From assembly GCA_043803945.1 (NCBI GenBank), contig JAZDJN010000003.1, forward strand, positions 1 to 61,733: a stretch of DNA of 61,733 nt, given 5' to 3'. Positions 30,105-40,936 of the stretch are shown here, piece by piece. Every line of letters starts with the position of its first letter. Within the stretch, counting starts at the first letter, position 1. Source of the DNA: a bacterium (GTDB taxonomy: Bacteria > Bacteroidota > Ignavibacteria > UBA10030). The position numbers and the translations under genes were made by a program. The notes beneath the pieces are model-generated. The model saw only the letters and a program-made list of their open reading frames with translations, had not been told where the DNA came from and did not search any database.

Positions 30105-32405
30105 ATGGTTAGGAAACAAGAAGCGTTAGATTATCATTCACAAGGACGGCGCGGAAAGATCGAGGTCATTTCTTCCAAACCGTGTCAAACACAACGTGAT
30201 CTCTCATTGGCGTACACTCCGGGTGTCGCTGAACCCTGCCGTGAGATCGAAGCAAATCCAGAAGATGCCTATCGCTATACGGCAAAAGGAAACCTTGTTG
30301 CTGTTATTTCAAATGGTACTGCAGTCTTAGGGCTTGGCGACATTGGCGCACTGGCAGGGAAGCCCGTTATGGAAGGGAAGGGAGTTCTCTTTAAGAGGTT
30401 TGCGGATATCGACGTATTCGATATTGAACTTGATTCCCATAATCCTGATGACATCATCAAGACAGTTAAGATGCTGGAGCCGACCTTCGGTGGAATTAAT
30501 CTTGAAGATATCAAAGCTCCGGAGTGCTTCTATATCGAAGAGGCCTTAAAGAAAATCATGAATATTCCGGTATTACATGACGATCAACATGGAACCGCGA
30601 TCATCAGCGGCGCAGCACTCATCAATGCATGTGAAATTCAGGGAAAGAAAATTGACGAAGTCCGGGTGGTCTTCAGTGGTGCCGGTGCTGCCGGAATTGC
30701 CTGTGCAAAATTGTACGAGAAACTCGGTGTGAAACGAGAACATATGTTTCTCGTCGATACCAAAGGTGTTGTGTATAAGGGACGCAAGGAGGGAATGAAT
30801 CCTTATAAGGAGTACTTCGCGCAGGAGACGGAGGCACGAACACTCGCCGATGCGATGAAGGGCGCCGATGTATTCTGCGGAGTCTCAGCCAAGGGACTTG
30901 TTTCGAAGGAAATGGTAAAATCAATGGCCGATAAGCCGGTCGTGTTTGCCATGGCTAATCCCGATCCGGAAATTACATACCCCGACGCGATTAGTGTGCG
31001 AGATGATATTATTATGGCGACCGGCCGTTCCGATTATCCGAATCAAGTCAACAATGTTTTGGGGTTCCCCTTCATTTTCCGCGGAGCACTGGATGTCCGT
31101 GCCACCACCATCAATGACGAGATGAAAATTGCCGCATCTCATGCACTTTCCACGCTGGCGAAGGAGGATGTTCCCGATTCCGTTATCCGGGCCTATGGCG
31201 GCAAGCGCATCGAGTTCGGAAAAGAATATATCATTCCCAAACCATTTGACCCCCGCGTCCTTTTGTGGGAAGCTACAGCAGTCGCAAGAACCGCGGTTGA
31301 AACCGGTGTGGCGAGAACGATCATCAAAGACTTTGATGCCTATCGTGATTCTCTTGAGGCAAAACTCGGCAAGTCGCGTGAAGTGATGCGGTTCTTCATT
31401 CACAAGGCACAGTCGGAACCAAAGCGGATTGTCTTCCCCGAAGGCGAAGAGGATAAAATTCTGCGCGCTGCCCAGATCATCGTCGATGAAAAAATTGCTC
31501 AGCCAATTTTGCTCGGGAATAAAGATGTCATTGAGAAACGCACGAAAGAATTGGGACTCGATCTTGAGGGAGCAGAAATTGTCACTCCGCATGAATCTCG
31601 CCGCTTCCATGAATACGTCGATGCGTTCTATGCCATGCGTCAGCGGAAAGGGATCACGAAACAAGACGCCGAACGGCTGGTGAGAACTAATAATATTTAT
31701 GGCATGGTCATGGTCGAGATGAGCGATGCGGATGGATTGATTTCCGGATTGACACAGCAGTATCCCGATACGGTTCGACCGGCTTTGCAGATCATCGGAA
31801 AGAAAGAAGGGGTCAAAAAGATTGCTGGCTTGTATATGATGGTCTTCAAGAATCAGACGATTTTCATCGCCGATGCCACAATCAATATCGATCCAACGGC
31901 AGAAGATCTTGCAGAAATTGCACTGCTCACGGCAGAGAAAGTTAAACAGCTTGATATCGAGCCCCGCGTGGCAATGATCTCCTTCAGCAACTTCGGCAGT
32001 ACAAATCATCCTATGGCTCACAAAGTGGAGAAAGCAGTTCAAATCGTGAAGAGCAAAGCTCCGTACTTGAATATTGATGGCGAAATGATGGCAGATACCG
32101 CAGTCGATCCGGAAATACTCTCGGAACTCTTCCCCTTCAGTTCGCTGAAAGGGCCGGCAAATGTGCTCATCTTCCCGGACGTCACTTCCGCGAATGTTGC
32201 CTACAAACTCCTGGCAAAGCTGGGTGGTGCGGTCGCTATTGGACCGATACTTCTCGGAATACGGAAACCTGTTTATCTCCTTATTCCTGGTGTCGATGTC
32301 AACACAATCGTCGATATTACTGCGATGGCGGTTTACGAGGCACAACAATCCTCCGAGAGTGGCAAAGCCAAATCGGGTGGTATGTCCGGACCATTGAAAA
32401 TCTAA
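30105..32405 (+). CDS. maeB: NADP-dependent malic enzyme with C-terminal phosphotransacetylase-like domain
   Basis: [61 protein letters not shown]; PTA-like RIVFPEGEE; SD AAAGGA before ATG 30105. Confidence 0.96.
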   Translation: MVRKQEALDYHSQGRRGKIEVISSKPCQTQRDLSLAYTPGVAEPCREIEANPEDAYRYTAKGNLVAVISNGTAVLGLGDIGALAGKPVMEGKGVLFKRFADIDVFDIELDSHNPDDIIKTVKMLEPTFGGINLEDIKAPECFYIEEALKKIMNIPVLHDDQHGTAIISGAALINACEIQGKKIDEVRVVFSGAGAAGIACAKLYEKLGVKREHMFLVDTKGVVYKGRKEGMNPYKEYFAQETEARTLADAMKGADVFCGVSAKGLVSKEMVKSMADKPVVFAMANPDPEITYPDAISVRDDIIMATGRSDYPNQVNNVLGFPFIFRGALDVRATTINDEMKIAASHALSTLAKEDVPDSVIRAYGGKRIEFGKEYIIPKPFDPRVLLWEATAVARTAVETGVARTIIKDFDAYRDSLEAKLGKSREVMRFFIHKAQSEPKRIVFPEGEEDKILRAAQIIVDEKIAQPILLGNKDVIEKRTKELGLDLEGAEIVTPHESRRFHEYVDAFYAMRQRKGITKQDAERLVRTNNIYGMVMVEMSDADGLISGLTQQYPDTVRPALQIIGKKEGVKKIAGLYMMVFKNQTIFIADATINIDPTAEDLAEIALLTAEKVKQLDIEPRVAMISFSNFGSTNHPMAHKVEKAVQIVKSKAPYLNIDGEMMADTAVDPEILSELFPFSSLKGPANVLIFPDVTSANVAYKLLAKLGGAVAIGPILLGIRKPVYLLIPGVDVNTIVDITAMAVYEAQQSSESGKAKSGGMSGPLKI

Positions 32406-32423
32406 TGGTTCACAGCTATGGAC

Positions 32424-32462
32424 AACGGCTGTCCAGGTCCTTCTGGTCAGCCGTTTTATTTT
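32424..32462 (+). terminator. Rho-independent terminator after maeB
   Basis: AACGGCTG.CCAG-loop-CTGG.CAGCCGTT followed by TTATTTT. Confidence 0.7.
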
Positions 32463-32643
32463 CTATTGATCTTTATGCGTGTGTTTTCAACCATTCCTTT
32501 ATTAATGTCTTTCTTTGGAATAGGTTTTCCAGATTCCGGAAATAAGCCTACTTTCCTTCCTGTCATGTGGAATACATCTTCAGAAATGATCCCTTTCTCT
32601 CTGAAATTCAGCAAATATTAATAATATCGCCCATTCTCAGAAA

Positions 32644-32659
32644 CGGCACAGTACTTGCG
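32644..32659 (+). promoter_or_regulatory. Putative sigma54 (-24/-12) promoter of the cytochrome cluster
   Basis: CGGCACAGTACTTGCG has exact GG-N10-GC spacing with GGCAC and TTGC cores, about 65 bp upstream of the first cluster gene. Confidence 0.6.
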
Positions 32660-32722
32660 GATTAACATGATGAATTATTCAACAACCTAGCATATGTAGG
32701 TTTTACTATAGGGGTAGAAAGC

Positions 32723-34921
32723 GTGTTCCAACAAAGACGACATCCCGATTTCTTTTCTCTAAAAACCTTTTTCGCTCTTCTCTTGCTCTCAATAGTAGTT
32801 GTAGCAACGGCCTCAACGCAATCGAAGGAAGATTGCATTGCCTGCCATAACGATAAATCGTTATCGATGGAGAAGAAAGGGAAACAGGTTCCTCTTTATG
32901 TTGATGGGTCTATTCTAAGTTCTTCAGCCCATAAGAAATTGGTGTGCGTCGCCTGTCACACTGGTTTCGATGCCGGCAACGTGCCGCATAAAGAAAAAAT
33001 TGAACCAATTAAATGTACGCTCTGTCACAAAGATGCCGCGCTGAAGCACGCATTCCATTCGGAAATGATAAAATCCGCGGAGGCGGGTGAAGGCAAAGGC
33101 GTGAGCTGCAAAAATTGTCATGGGACGCATGATGTATCTTCGAGCAAAAGTGCAAACGCGAGCAAGGGAGGGAAGGGGCTTACTGAGACTTGTGGAAAGT
33201 GCCATGCATCGGTCAAAGAAACATTCATGAGCTCCCAGCATGCGAAGGCTCTCGCACAGAATATCCCCGGGGCTCCATCCTGTATCACTTGCCATCAGAA
33301 CAATGTAACGAAAACCACGGCGACACTCGATTCTACTCAACTCAAGATTGCTCAGGAAAAGTTATGCTTGTCCTGCCATCTGGATGATCCAGCAGTACGA
33401 GCACGAATTTCTCCTAGTGCCGGATTCATTGCATCGTACCAGGCAAGTGTTCATGGGATGGCATTAAATGGTGGAAACGTAAAAGCAGCCAATTGCATCG
33501 ACTGCCATGGAAGTCATGAGATGCGAACAGGTACAGATCCGAAATCTCTCGTGAATAAGATGCACATTCCGCAGGTTTGTGCAAAATGTCATGCAAAGAT
33601 TTCAGCGGCCTATAATGCGAGCGTCCATGGAAAGGCCCTTCTCAATGGAAGTAATGAATCGCCGGTCTGTACAAATTGTCACGGTGAACATAATATCCTG
33701 AAACATACCGATCCACACTCACCCGTCTCAGCTCAGAACGTCTCTTCGCAAGTGTGTTCGCCCTGTCATAGCTCAGTCCGATTGTCGGAGAAATACGGGC
33801 TTGCCTCAGACCGATTTAAGAGTTTTGAAGATAGTTTTCATGGCCTGGCCGGAAAAGCTGGATCGCTTGTCGTTGCAAACTGTGCAAGCTGTCATGGTGT
33901 CCACGATATCAAACCATCCGGCGATCCAGAGTCAAAAATCCATAAGACGAATCTCATTGCGACGTGCGGAAAATGTCATCCAGGTGCTAATGAGAATTTC
34001 ACCAAAGGTGCTGTGCACGTGATCGTCACTGAAAAACAGGAAGATCTCCTCTATTTCATATCGACAGCCTACGTTATTCTTATCATCATGGTTGTGGGAG
34101 GAATGTTACTCCATAATCTTATGGACTTTGTCAAGAAATCGAAGCGTCAGTTAATGTATCGGCGAGGATTGTTGGAACATAAGCATGTCAGCCATCGCCT
34201 GTATTTACGCATGTCCTTCAGCGAACGAATCCAACATGCATCGCTGCTTGTCAGTTTTATCACCCTCGTTCTCACCGGTTTTGCTCTTCGGTATCCAAAT
34301 GCATGGTGGGTAGCACCCTTCAATGATATTATTCCTTCAGCATTTGAGTGGCGGGGTGTTCTACATCGAATTGCTGCAGTAGTCCTGGTCGCCGCAAGCG
34401 TCTATCATATCTACTATGTGCTCTTTATCCCGAGAGGGAAGGAGTTGATTCGAGACTTACTCCCTCGGATCCAGGATGGAAAAGATGCTCTTGCTGTGCT
34501 TAAGTATAATCTTGGTTTCTCAAGGGAGAAGCCCAGGTTTGACCGGTTCAGCTACATCGAGAAGAGCGAATATTGGGCACTTGTGTGGGGAACTGTGGTC
34601 ATGGGAGTCACCGGCGTGATCCTCTGGTTCGATAATACCTTCCTTGGCCTTCTGACAAAACTCTGGTGGGATGTTGCACGTACGATCCACTACTATGAAG
34701 CATGGCTTGCAACACTCTCGATAATTGTCTGGCATTTCTACTTCGTCATTTTCAATCCCGATAGTTATCCGTTAAACCTGGCATTCTGGAAGGGAACGCT
34801 GACCGAAGAAGAAATGGAAGAGGAACATCCGCTTGAACTGGAAAAGATACGAAGAGAGGAATTTATTAAAGAGATCCAGGAAGGCTTTGAAACGAAGCAA
34901 CAACAGAATGACCAGCACTGA
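32723..34921 (+). CDS. CbcL-like fusion: 13-heme cytochrome c domain plus FdnI/HydC-type di-heme cytochrome b
   Basis: 13 CxxCH counted; membrane domain with ERIQH, LHRIAA, YIEKSEYWA..WG, IHYYEA..A...I.VWH. Confidence 0.85.
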   Translation: MFQQRRHPDFFSLKTFFALLLLSIVVVATASTQSKEDCIACHNDKSLSMEKKGKQVPLYVDGSILSSSAHKKLVCVACHTGFDAGNVPHKEKIEPIKCTLCHKDAALKHAFHSEMIKSAEAGEGKGVSCKNCHGTHDVSSSKSANASKGGKGLTETCGKCHASVKETFMSSQHAKALAQNIPGAPSCITCHQNNVTKTTATLDSTQLKIAQEKLCLSCHLDDPAVRARISPSAGFIASYQASVHGMALNGGNVKAANCIDCHGSHEMRTGTDPKSLVNKMHIPQVCAKCHAKISAAYNASVHGKALLNGSNESPVCTNCHGEHNILKHTDPHSPVSAQNVSSQVCSPCHSSVRLSEKYGLASDRFKSFEDSFHGLAGKAGSLVVANCASCHGVHDIKPSGDPESKIHKTNLIATCGKCHPGANENFTKGAVHVIVTEKQEDLLYFISTAYVILIIMVVGGMLLHNLMDFVKKSKRQLMYRRGLLEHKHVSHRLYLRMSFSERIQHASLLVSFITLVLTGFALRYPNAWWVAPFNDIIPSAFEWRGVLHRIAAVVLVAASVYHIYYVLFIPRGKELIRDLLPRIQDGKDALAVLKYNLGFSREKPRFDRFSYIEKSEYWALVWGTVVMGVTGVILWFDNTFLGLLTKLWWDVARTIHYYEAWLATLSIIVWHFYFVIFNPDSYPLNLAFWKGTLTEEEMEEEHPLELEKIRREEFIKEIQEGFETKQQQNDQH

Positions 34922-34939
34922 GCTGATTGCTGAAATCGG

Positions 34940-36988
34940 ATGATGAATAAACTGCTGCACATACTACGGCATACATTGAGTCAACGTGCACTACATTTTT
35001 TAACAAGAGCCATTCTCTTTGGAACTATGATCGCGGGAAGTTCGCACCTCCGTGCTCAGGAAAACAGCGATTGCTTTGGATGTCATTCGGATAAAAGTCT
35101 CTCTGGCACCCGGAAGGGAAAAACGATTTCAGTCTTTGTGGATGAGAAAAAATTCGCTGGTTCAATCCATGGTTCGCTCACATGTATTTTCTGCCATAAG
35201 GATCTTGAAGGAAAAGAATTTCCACACGCCGAAGTCCTATTGCCAGTGAAGTGTGGAGAGTGTCACCAGGCAGAGGAGGAACTCCACGCGAAATCCCTCC
35301 ATGGCAAAGCGATAAAACGGAATGATCCGCTTGCACCGACCTGTAAAGAATGTCATGGCACTCACGATATCCTTCCTAAAAGCAATCCAAAATCGACCGT
35401 TGCAGTATTGCAAATCCCGTTTTTGTGCGGAGGTTGCCACAAAGAAGGTTCTCCCGTTCAGCAGCAGCGAACGATCCATCAAGACCATATTCTTGAGAAC
35501 TTCTCTGAAAGTATACACGGCGAAGGATTATTGCGAAAAGGCCTGATTGTTGCGCCAAACTGCGCTTCATGCCATACGGCACATTCAATCTTACCACACA
35601 CTGATCCAGTTTCGTCGATTGCCCGGAAGAATATTTCCAAGACCTGCACAAAATGTCATGCACTCATCGAAACCGTCCATCGGAAGATCATCAAAGGAGA
35701 GTTGTGGGAAAAAGAGGCAAATACCCTTCCTGCCTGCATCGATTGCCATCAGCCGCATAAAGTGCGCAAGGTATTCTATTCACAGAGTTTGGCAGATCGG
35801 GATTGCCTGAAATGTCATGAGAAGAAGGATCTCAAATCTTCAAAAGACGGCTGCTCGCTCTACACCCAGCCAAGTGAGATATCCTATTCACGCCATTCGA
35901 AAGTTGCATGTAGTCAATGCCACTCTGAGGTGAATGCTTCGCACCTGAGGCCGTGCGATTCCATCACGAAAAAAGTGGATTGTGCCGCTTGCCATGCAGA
36001 TGCCGGCCAGCTATTCCAGAAGAGTACCCATGGACAACTCACTGCCAAGAACGATCCCAACGGTCCCACATGCAAAGAATGTCACGGAACACATGGGATC
36101 AGAGGCAAGTTGGATCCCTCATCGCCGATATTTGCCATCAACATCCCCGAACTTTGTGCACGATGCCATCGCGAAGGAGAGAAGGCGGCAGTTCGCTATG
36201 CAGGCGGGCAGCATGAGATTATTGAGCATTACACAGAAAGTATTCATGGTAAAGGCTTGAAGAAAAGCGGATTGACTGTGACAGCGACCTGTACTAGCTG
36301 TCACACGGCTCATAGCGTCTTACCGAAGTCGGACTCTCTTTCAAGTGTCTACCGCAGCAATCTTCCGGCGACATGCGGACGCTGCCACCATGGAATCCAG
36401 GAGCAGTTTGAAAAGAGTATTCACGCTGTGCTCGTCAATGAGACGAAGAAAGAACTTCCTGTCTGTGCAGATTGCCATAGTGCTCACACAATCAGCCGCG
36501 CTGATGAATCAGGATTCAAGCTGACCATCATGACGCAGTGCGGACGGTGTCACGAAGGGATTGCAAAAACTTATTTTGACACGTACCATGGCAAGGTGTC
36601 TCAACTTGGATATACGAAGACCGCAAAGTGCTATGATTGCCACGGCGCGCATGACATCTTGCGGATTACCGATCCACGCTCGCATTTGAGCCGGGGAAAT
36701 GTCGTTCAAACCTGTCAGAAGTGTCACCCGGGTGCCAACCGGAGATTTGCCGGATATCTCACCCATGCAACACATCATGATCCGGCAAAATATCCTGTGC
36801 TCTTCTGGGTCTTCTGGGGGATGACCTCTCTCTTAATAGGGACGTTCACTCTCAGCGGAATTCATACACTCTTGTGGTTACCCCGTGCTTTGCAGATGCG
36901 TCGTGAGCTGAAAAAGAAACATCAATCCGGACCAAAACCAATTGAAGGGAAAGATCACAGCAGTGACAACTCCAATGCCAATGCCTGA
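34940..36988 (+). CDS. 19-heme cytochrome c with C-terminal membrane anchor (CbcA/CbcL c-domain-like)
   Basis: 19 CxxCH counted; signal peptide; TM helix FWGMTSLLIGTFTLSGIHTLLW. Confidence 0.88.
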   Translation: MMNKLLHILRHTLSQRALHFLTRAILFGTMIAGSSHLRAQENSDCFGCHSDKSLSGTRKGKTISVFVDEKKFAGSIHGSLTCIFCHKDLEGKEFPHAEVLLPVKCGECHQAEEELHAKSLHGKAIKRNDPLAPTCKECHGTHDILPKSNPKSTVAVLQIPFLCGGCHKEGSPVQQQRTIHQDHILENFSESIHGEGLLRKGLIVAPNCASCHTAHSILPHTDPVSSIARKNISKTCTKCHALIETVHRKIIKGELWEKEANTLPACIDCHQPHKVRKVFYSQSLADRDCLKCHEKKDLKSSKDGCSLYTQPSEISYSRHSKVACSQCHSEVNASHLRPCDSITKKVDCAACHADAGQLFQKSTHGQLTAKNDPNGPTCKECHGTHGIRGKLDPSSPIFAINIPELCARCHREGEKAAVRYAGGQHEIIEHYTESIHGKGLKKSGLTVTATCTSCHTAHSVLPKSDSLSSVYRSNLPATCGRCHHGIQEQFEKSIHAVLVNETKKELPVCADCHSAHTISRADESGFKLTIMTQCGRCHEGIAKTYFDTYHGKVSQLGYTKTAKCYDCHGAHDILRITDPRSHLSRGNVVQTCQKCHPGANRRFAGYLTHATHHDPAKYPVLFWVFWGMTSLLIGTFTLSGIHTLLWLPRALQMRRELKKKHQSGPKPIEGKDHSSDNSNANA

Positions 36989-37838
36989 AACAGTTGAATC
37001 GACTGAAAGAGCTGAAAAACAATATCTTCGCTTCACTCGGCTGAATCGCATTTTGCACGTCATTATGATTATTAGTTTTATCAGCCTGGCGTTGACAGGA
37101 ATGACACTCAAATTTTCGTACACAGACTGGGCATCCTTCCTTTCCCATTTCTTTGGGGGATATGAATCAGCCGGGTATGTCCATCGCGTCGCCGCGGTCT
37201 TCATGGTCGGCATCTTTATTGCCCATCTTGTGGATCTCACACGACGGAAACGGCGTGAATATGGTACTTGGAAGGCATTGATCTTCGGTCCGGATTCTCT
37301 GCTGTTTAATAAAAAAGATCTTCATGATTTTATTGGTTCGATGAAGTGGTTTCTCGGGAGAGGCCCCAAACCAGAGTATGGCCGTTGGACCTATTGGGAG
37401 AAGTTCGACTACATCGCAGTGTTTTGGGGAATTTTCGTTATCGGCTCGACCGGATTTACTCTCTGGTTCCCCGAATTATTCACTTTGATTTTCCCGGGCT
37501 GGATGATTAACGTTGCAACCATTATTCACAGCGATGAAGCGCTGCTTGCTACCGGCTTCATTTTCACAATTCACTTCTTCAATACCCATCTGCGCCCGGA
37601 AAAATTTCCCATGGACATCGTCATCTTTACCGGAAGGATGACCATTGAAGATTTGCAATTCGATAAACCTGCGGAGTACGATGCTGCTGTTAAAAGTGGA
37701 AAGCTGCTGGAGAGGCTCGTTGAACCGTATCCTCCCATCGTCATACGGGCGATACGTATTTTTGGATGGACAGCGCTTTCAATTGGCTTCAGCATGGTTA
37801 TTTGGATTATTTATGCTATGTTGTTCGCATATCGCTAA
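36981..37838 (+). CDS. FdnI-type di-heme cytochrome b, partner of the 19-heme protein (start 36975 or 36981)
   Basis: RF...NRILH, HRVAA...AH, YWEKFDY.AVFWG, IIHSDEALLATGFIFTIHFFNTH.RPEKFPMD; overlaps the upstream stop. Confidence 0.85.
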   Translation: MPETVESTERAEKQYLRFTRLNRILHVIMIISFISLALTGMTLKFSYTDWASFLSHFFGGYESAGYVHRVAAVFMVGIFIAHLVDLTRRKRREYGTWKALIFGPDSLLFNKKDLHDFIGSMKWFLGRGPKPEYGRWTYWEKFDYIAVFWGIFVIGSTGFTLWFPELFTLIFPGWMINVATIIHSDEALLATGFIFTIHFFNTHLRPEKFPMDIVIFTGRMTIEDLQFDKPAEYDAAVKSGKLLERLVEPYPPIVIRAIRIFGWTALSIGFSMVIWIIYAMLFAYR

Positions 37839-37914
37839 CAAGGTTGTGATCGTTTGAGAAACGAATCTCTGGTAAGAGAGTAACTCTCCCATTGCCAAGA
37901 TAAAGGAATAGTCT

Positions 37915-39405
37915 ATGAAGCGTTTTTTCCCAACCTCATTCTACAATCCTGCAACGTATGTGGGCGTTGCGATTGCGGCAGTCAGTTTTGGCCTGATTCT
38001 CTTCCTCATGCTTCTGGAAGCGTTGACCGAAAACCCGAAGCCGTATATGGGGATTATCGCCTTTGTCATTCTCCCAGGAATATTATTGCTGGGTTTAGGC
38101 GTTGCGTTGTTCGGCGTATTTCGAGAACACAGGCGTGAAAAAAGGGGAGTAGCACATGAACACACTCTGCCCCGAATCGACTTGAATGATCCCCGTCATC
38201 GCAGAACGTTTATCATTGTCTCCAGCGGGCTTCTTCTTCTGTTATTATTTTCAGCATTTGGAAGTTTTAAAGCCTATGAGTATACCGATTCCGATGCATT
38301 CTGCGGAGAGACGTGCCACAAAGTGATGAATCCGGAGTATACGGCATATCAGTCATCACCTCATGCCCGAGTCGGGTGTGTCGAATGTCATATCGGTTCA
38401 GGAACCACGTGGTTTGTACGGTCCAAACTTTCCGGGGCCTACCAGGTCTATGCAACGATCTTTAATAAGTATCCCCGTCCAATTCCGACACCAATTCAGA
38501 ATCTGCGCCCTGCTCAGGAAACCTGCGAACATTGCCACTGGCCAAAGCACTTTTTCAGCGAGAAACAACTAGAAAACACATATTTTCTCTCCGATGAAAA
38601 GAATACCCGCTGGAATCTGAATTTGCTGATCAAAATAGGCGGTGGAAACGCCGAAGCTGGACCAACATCGGGAATCCATTGGCATATGAATATCTCGAAT
38701 GAGGTCACATATGCTGCGGCCGATACACAGCGCCAGACAATCCTTTGGGTAAAGACAAAAAATGCTGCAGGGGAAGAGGTTATCTATCGGAATACTGAAA
38801 CACAAATTTCAAAAGAAGAGATTGCAGCACTTCCTGCGCGAAAGATGGATTGCATCGATTGTCACAACAGGCCTTCTCACATCTATCATCCACCGAAGAA
38901 GTCTGTGAATCATGTGATGTCTCTTGGCTGGATTGACCCCTTGTTGCCGAATATCAAGAGCCTGGCAGTAAAAGTTCTGGAATATCCTTACAGCACACAA
39001 GCCGCCGCACTTGACAGTATTCAATTGACGATTAGCCAGCACTATATAGAGAACTTTCCGGCGGCTGCAGCATCCAAAGCCAAAGAGATCGATCGAGCAA
39101 TTATGGAAATTCAAAAGATCTACAGTCGAGGGTATTTCCCTGAGATGAACGTTGACTGGAAAAAATTCCCGAATAATATCGGTCATATGTACTATCCGGG
39201 ATGTTTCCGATGCCATGATGGAAAACATGTCTCAGAGACGGGGAAGGTGCTTTCGAGAGATTGTAATATTTGTCATGTTGTCTTAGCACAGCAGTATGAA
39301 AAGGAGAAAGTGAACATCTCGCTGAAAGGTATCGACTATCGTCACCCGGTCGACATCGGTGATGCGTGGAAAACGATGAATTGCAGCGATTGCCATAATG
39401 AGTAG
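37915..39405 (+). CDS. NapC/NirT-domain heptaheme inner-membrane quinol dehydrogenase, ImcH-like
   Basis: 3 N-terminal TM helices; FCGETCH (CX3CH) plus 6 CxxCH; M.PEY..Y..SPHA.V.CVECHIG, GIHWH, CIDCHNRPSH. Confidence 0.85.
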   Translation: MKRFFPTSFYNPATYVGVAIAAVSFGLILFLMLLEALTENPKPYMGIIAFVILPGILLLGLGVALFGVFREHRREKRGVAHEHTLPRIDLNDPRHRRTFIIVSSGLLLLLLFSAFGSFKAYEYTDSDAFCGETCHKVMNPEYTAYQSSPHARVGCVECHIGSGTTWFVRSKLSGAYQVYATIFNKYPRPIPTPIQNLRPAQETCEHCHWPKHFFSEKQLENTYFLSDEKNTRWNLNLLIKIGGGNAEAGPTSGIHWHMNISNEVTYAAADTQRQTILWVKTKNAAGEEVIYRNTETQISKEEIAALPARKMDCIDCHNRPSHIYHPPKKSVNHVMSLGWIDPLLPNIKSLAVKVLEYPYSTQAAALDSIQLTISQHYIENFPAAAASKAKEIDRAIMEIQKIYSRGYFPEMNVDWKKFPNNIGHMYYPGCFRCHDGKHVSETGKVLSRDCNICHVVLAQQYEKEKVNISLKGIDYRHPVDIGDAWKTMNCSDCHNE

Positions 39406-39453
39406 AAGAACGCAAGGATCAATTTGTCGCCCTTGCAAATTTGAAGGAGGCCC

Positions 39454-40194
39454 ATGAAAAAGTTTTTTTCTTCCATACCGGAGTCGCTCAGCAGGCTGAT
39501 GATTGTGTTTGCTGTCATCATTGGGCTAGCTCTTTTAGTTCGTGCCCTCCTTCCCGCTGCTTTGAAAGATACGACACTTCAGCGGGAAGCGACTGTACAT
39601 GCTGAACAGGCGAAGCCAATACACTTTGTCGGTGCTCTGCAGTGCAACGAATGTCATGAACAGAATAAAGTCAAGGGCAGAGGATACCACGGCAATCTCT
39701 CATGCGAAACGTGCCACGGACCAGGGAAAGATCACATTGAGAATCCGGGAGAAGTCAAGCCGGAGCTCCCGCGCAAGCGAGAGTTTTGCACCAATTGTCA
39801 TGCATATAATCCGTCACGACCGACAGGCTTTCCGCAGATCAACCCGGCAATGCACAATCCATTAAAGCCCTGTATCTCGTGCCACAATCCTCATGATCCG
39901 AAACCGCCGAATGTTCCGCAGGAGTGTGAAGCGTGCCATGCCGAAATCGCGCGAACGAAATCTCTCTCATCTCACGTTCAGTTGGAATGTTCAGCATGTC
40001 ACGCAGTGCCGCGGGAACACAAGGTTACACCACGGCTTGTAGATGCATCAATGCCAAGAGACAGGGCGTTCTGTGGTAAATGTCACAGCAAGGATTCCCA
40101 GGTGCGCGATGTACCGAAAGTTGATATCGCTGCGCATGGAGAAAAATATCTCTGCTGGCAGTGTCATTATCCACATATGCCGGAGGTCGACTAA
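39454..40194 (+). CDS. Membrane-anchored octaheme cytochrome c
   Basis: 8 CxxCH; N-terminal TM helix; SD GAAGGAGG. Confidence 0.88.
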   Translation: MKKFFSSIPESLSRLMIVFAVIIGLALLVRALLPAALKDTTLQREATVHAEQAKPIHFVGALQCNECHEQNKVKGRGYHGNLSCETCHGPGKDHIENPGEVKPELPRKREFCTNCHAYNPSRPTGFPQINPAMHNPLKPCISCHNPHDPKPPNVPQECEACHAEIARTKSLSSHVQLECSACHAVPREHKVTPRLVDASMPRDRAFCGKCHSKDSQVRDVPKVDIAAHGEKYLCWQCHYPHMPEVD

Positions 40195-40195
40195 T

Positions 40196-40936
40196 ATGAA
40201 CCGGAGAAATTTTTTCGAGAAACTTAAGAATCTTGGCTTACTGACTGGATTTGCCGGAATCTTTACCAGACAAGCCTCGGCAAACACACCGGAAGGGTAT
40301 GATGCCAAAGATCATTATTATGGCATGGGAATTCAGATCGACAAATGCATCGGCTGCGGTATGTGTGTGTCGGCATGTAAAAAGGAAAACGCTGTACCAA
40401 AGGAACCGTTCTTTTTCAGGACGTGGGTCGAACGATATTTGATCCGAACGAATGAAGAGACAATCGTCCAGAACATCACTCATTCGACACCGACGAGCGA
40501 TACCTCAGGAGATAAGAAGTTTTTGCGAAGTTTCTTTGTTCCGAAACTCTGTAATCAATGCGATAATCCTCCATGTGTGCAGGTGTGTCCGGTAGGAGCC
40601 ACGTTTAAGACTGAAGATGGTGTGATCCTTGTTGATGATACCCGCTGTATCGGATGCCGCTATTGTATTCAGGCATGTCCGTATGGAGCCCGCTACCTCC
40701 ATCCGGATAGGATGACAGCAGACAAGTGTACCTTCTGTTACCATCGTATTACAAAGGATTTGCTGCCGGCCTGTGTTGAGGTGTGTCCTACACAAGCCAG
40801 AATCTTTGGCGACTTAAAGCGGAGTGCAAGCCCGCTCACACGATTCAGACGGATGAACAAACTCCATGTCCTGAAACCATTTTTGAATACAGAACCCAAA
40901 GTGACGTATTCAAATCTTGATGGGGAGGTGCGCTAA
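40196..40936 (+). CDS. Tat-exported 4x[4Fe-4S] ferredoxin-like subunit (NrfC/DsrO/PsrB family)
   Basis: Tat signal MNRRNFF; CIGCGMCVSAC, CNQCDNPPCVQVCP, CIGCRYCIQACP, KCTFC...PACVEVCP. Confidence 0.92.
   Translation: MNRRNFFEKLKNLGLLTGFAGIFTRQASANTPEGYDAKDHYYGMGIQIDKCIGCGMCVSACKKENAVPKEPFFFRTWVERYLIRTNEETIVQNITHSTPTSDTSGDKKFLRSFFVPKLCNQCDNPPCVQVCPVGATFKTEDGVILVDDTRCIGCRYCIQACPYGARYLHPDRMTADKCTFCYHRITKDLLPACVEVCPTQARIFGDLKRSASPLTRFRRMNKLHVLKPFLNTEPKVTYSNLDGEVR

Noticed and set aside
30921-32348. 475-aa antisense ORF
   Set aside because: Lies entirely opposite the well-supported maeB and has no recognisable motifs; a shadow ORF.
32666-32686. Rex-like operator (ATGATGAATTATTCAACAA) downstream of the sigma54 motif
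   Set aside because: Half-site spacing and sequence deviate from TTGTGAA-N4-TTCACAA.
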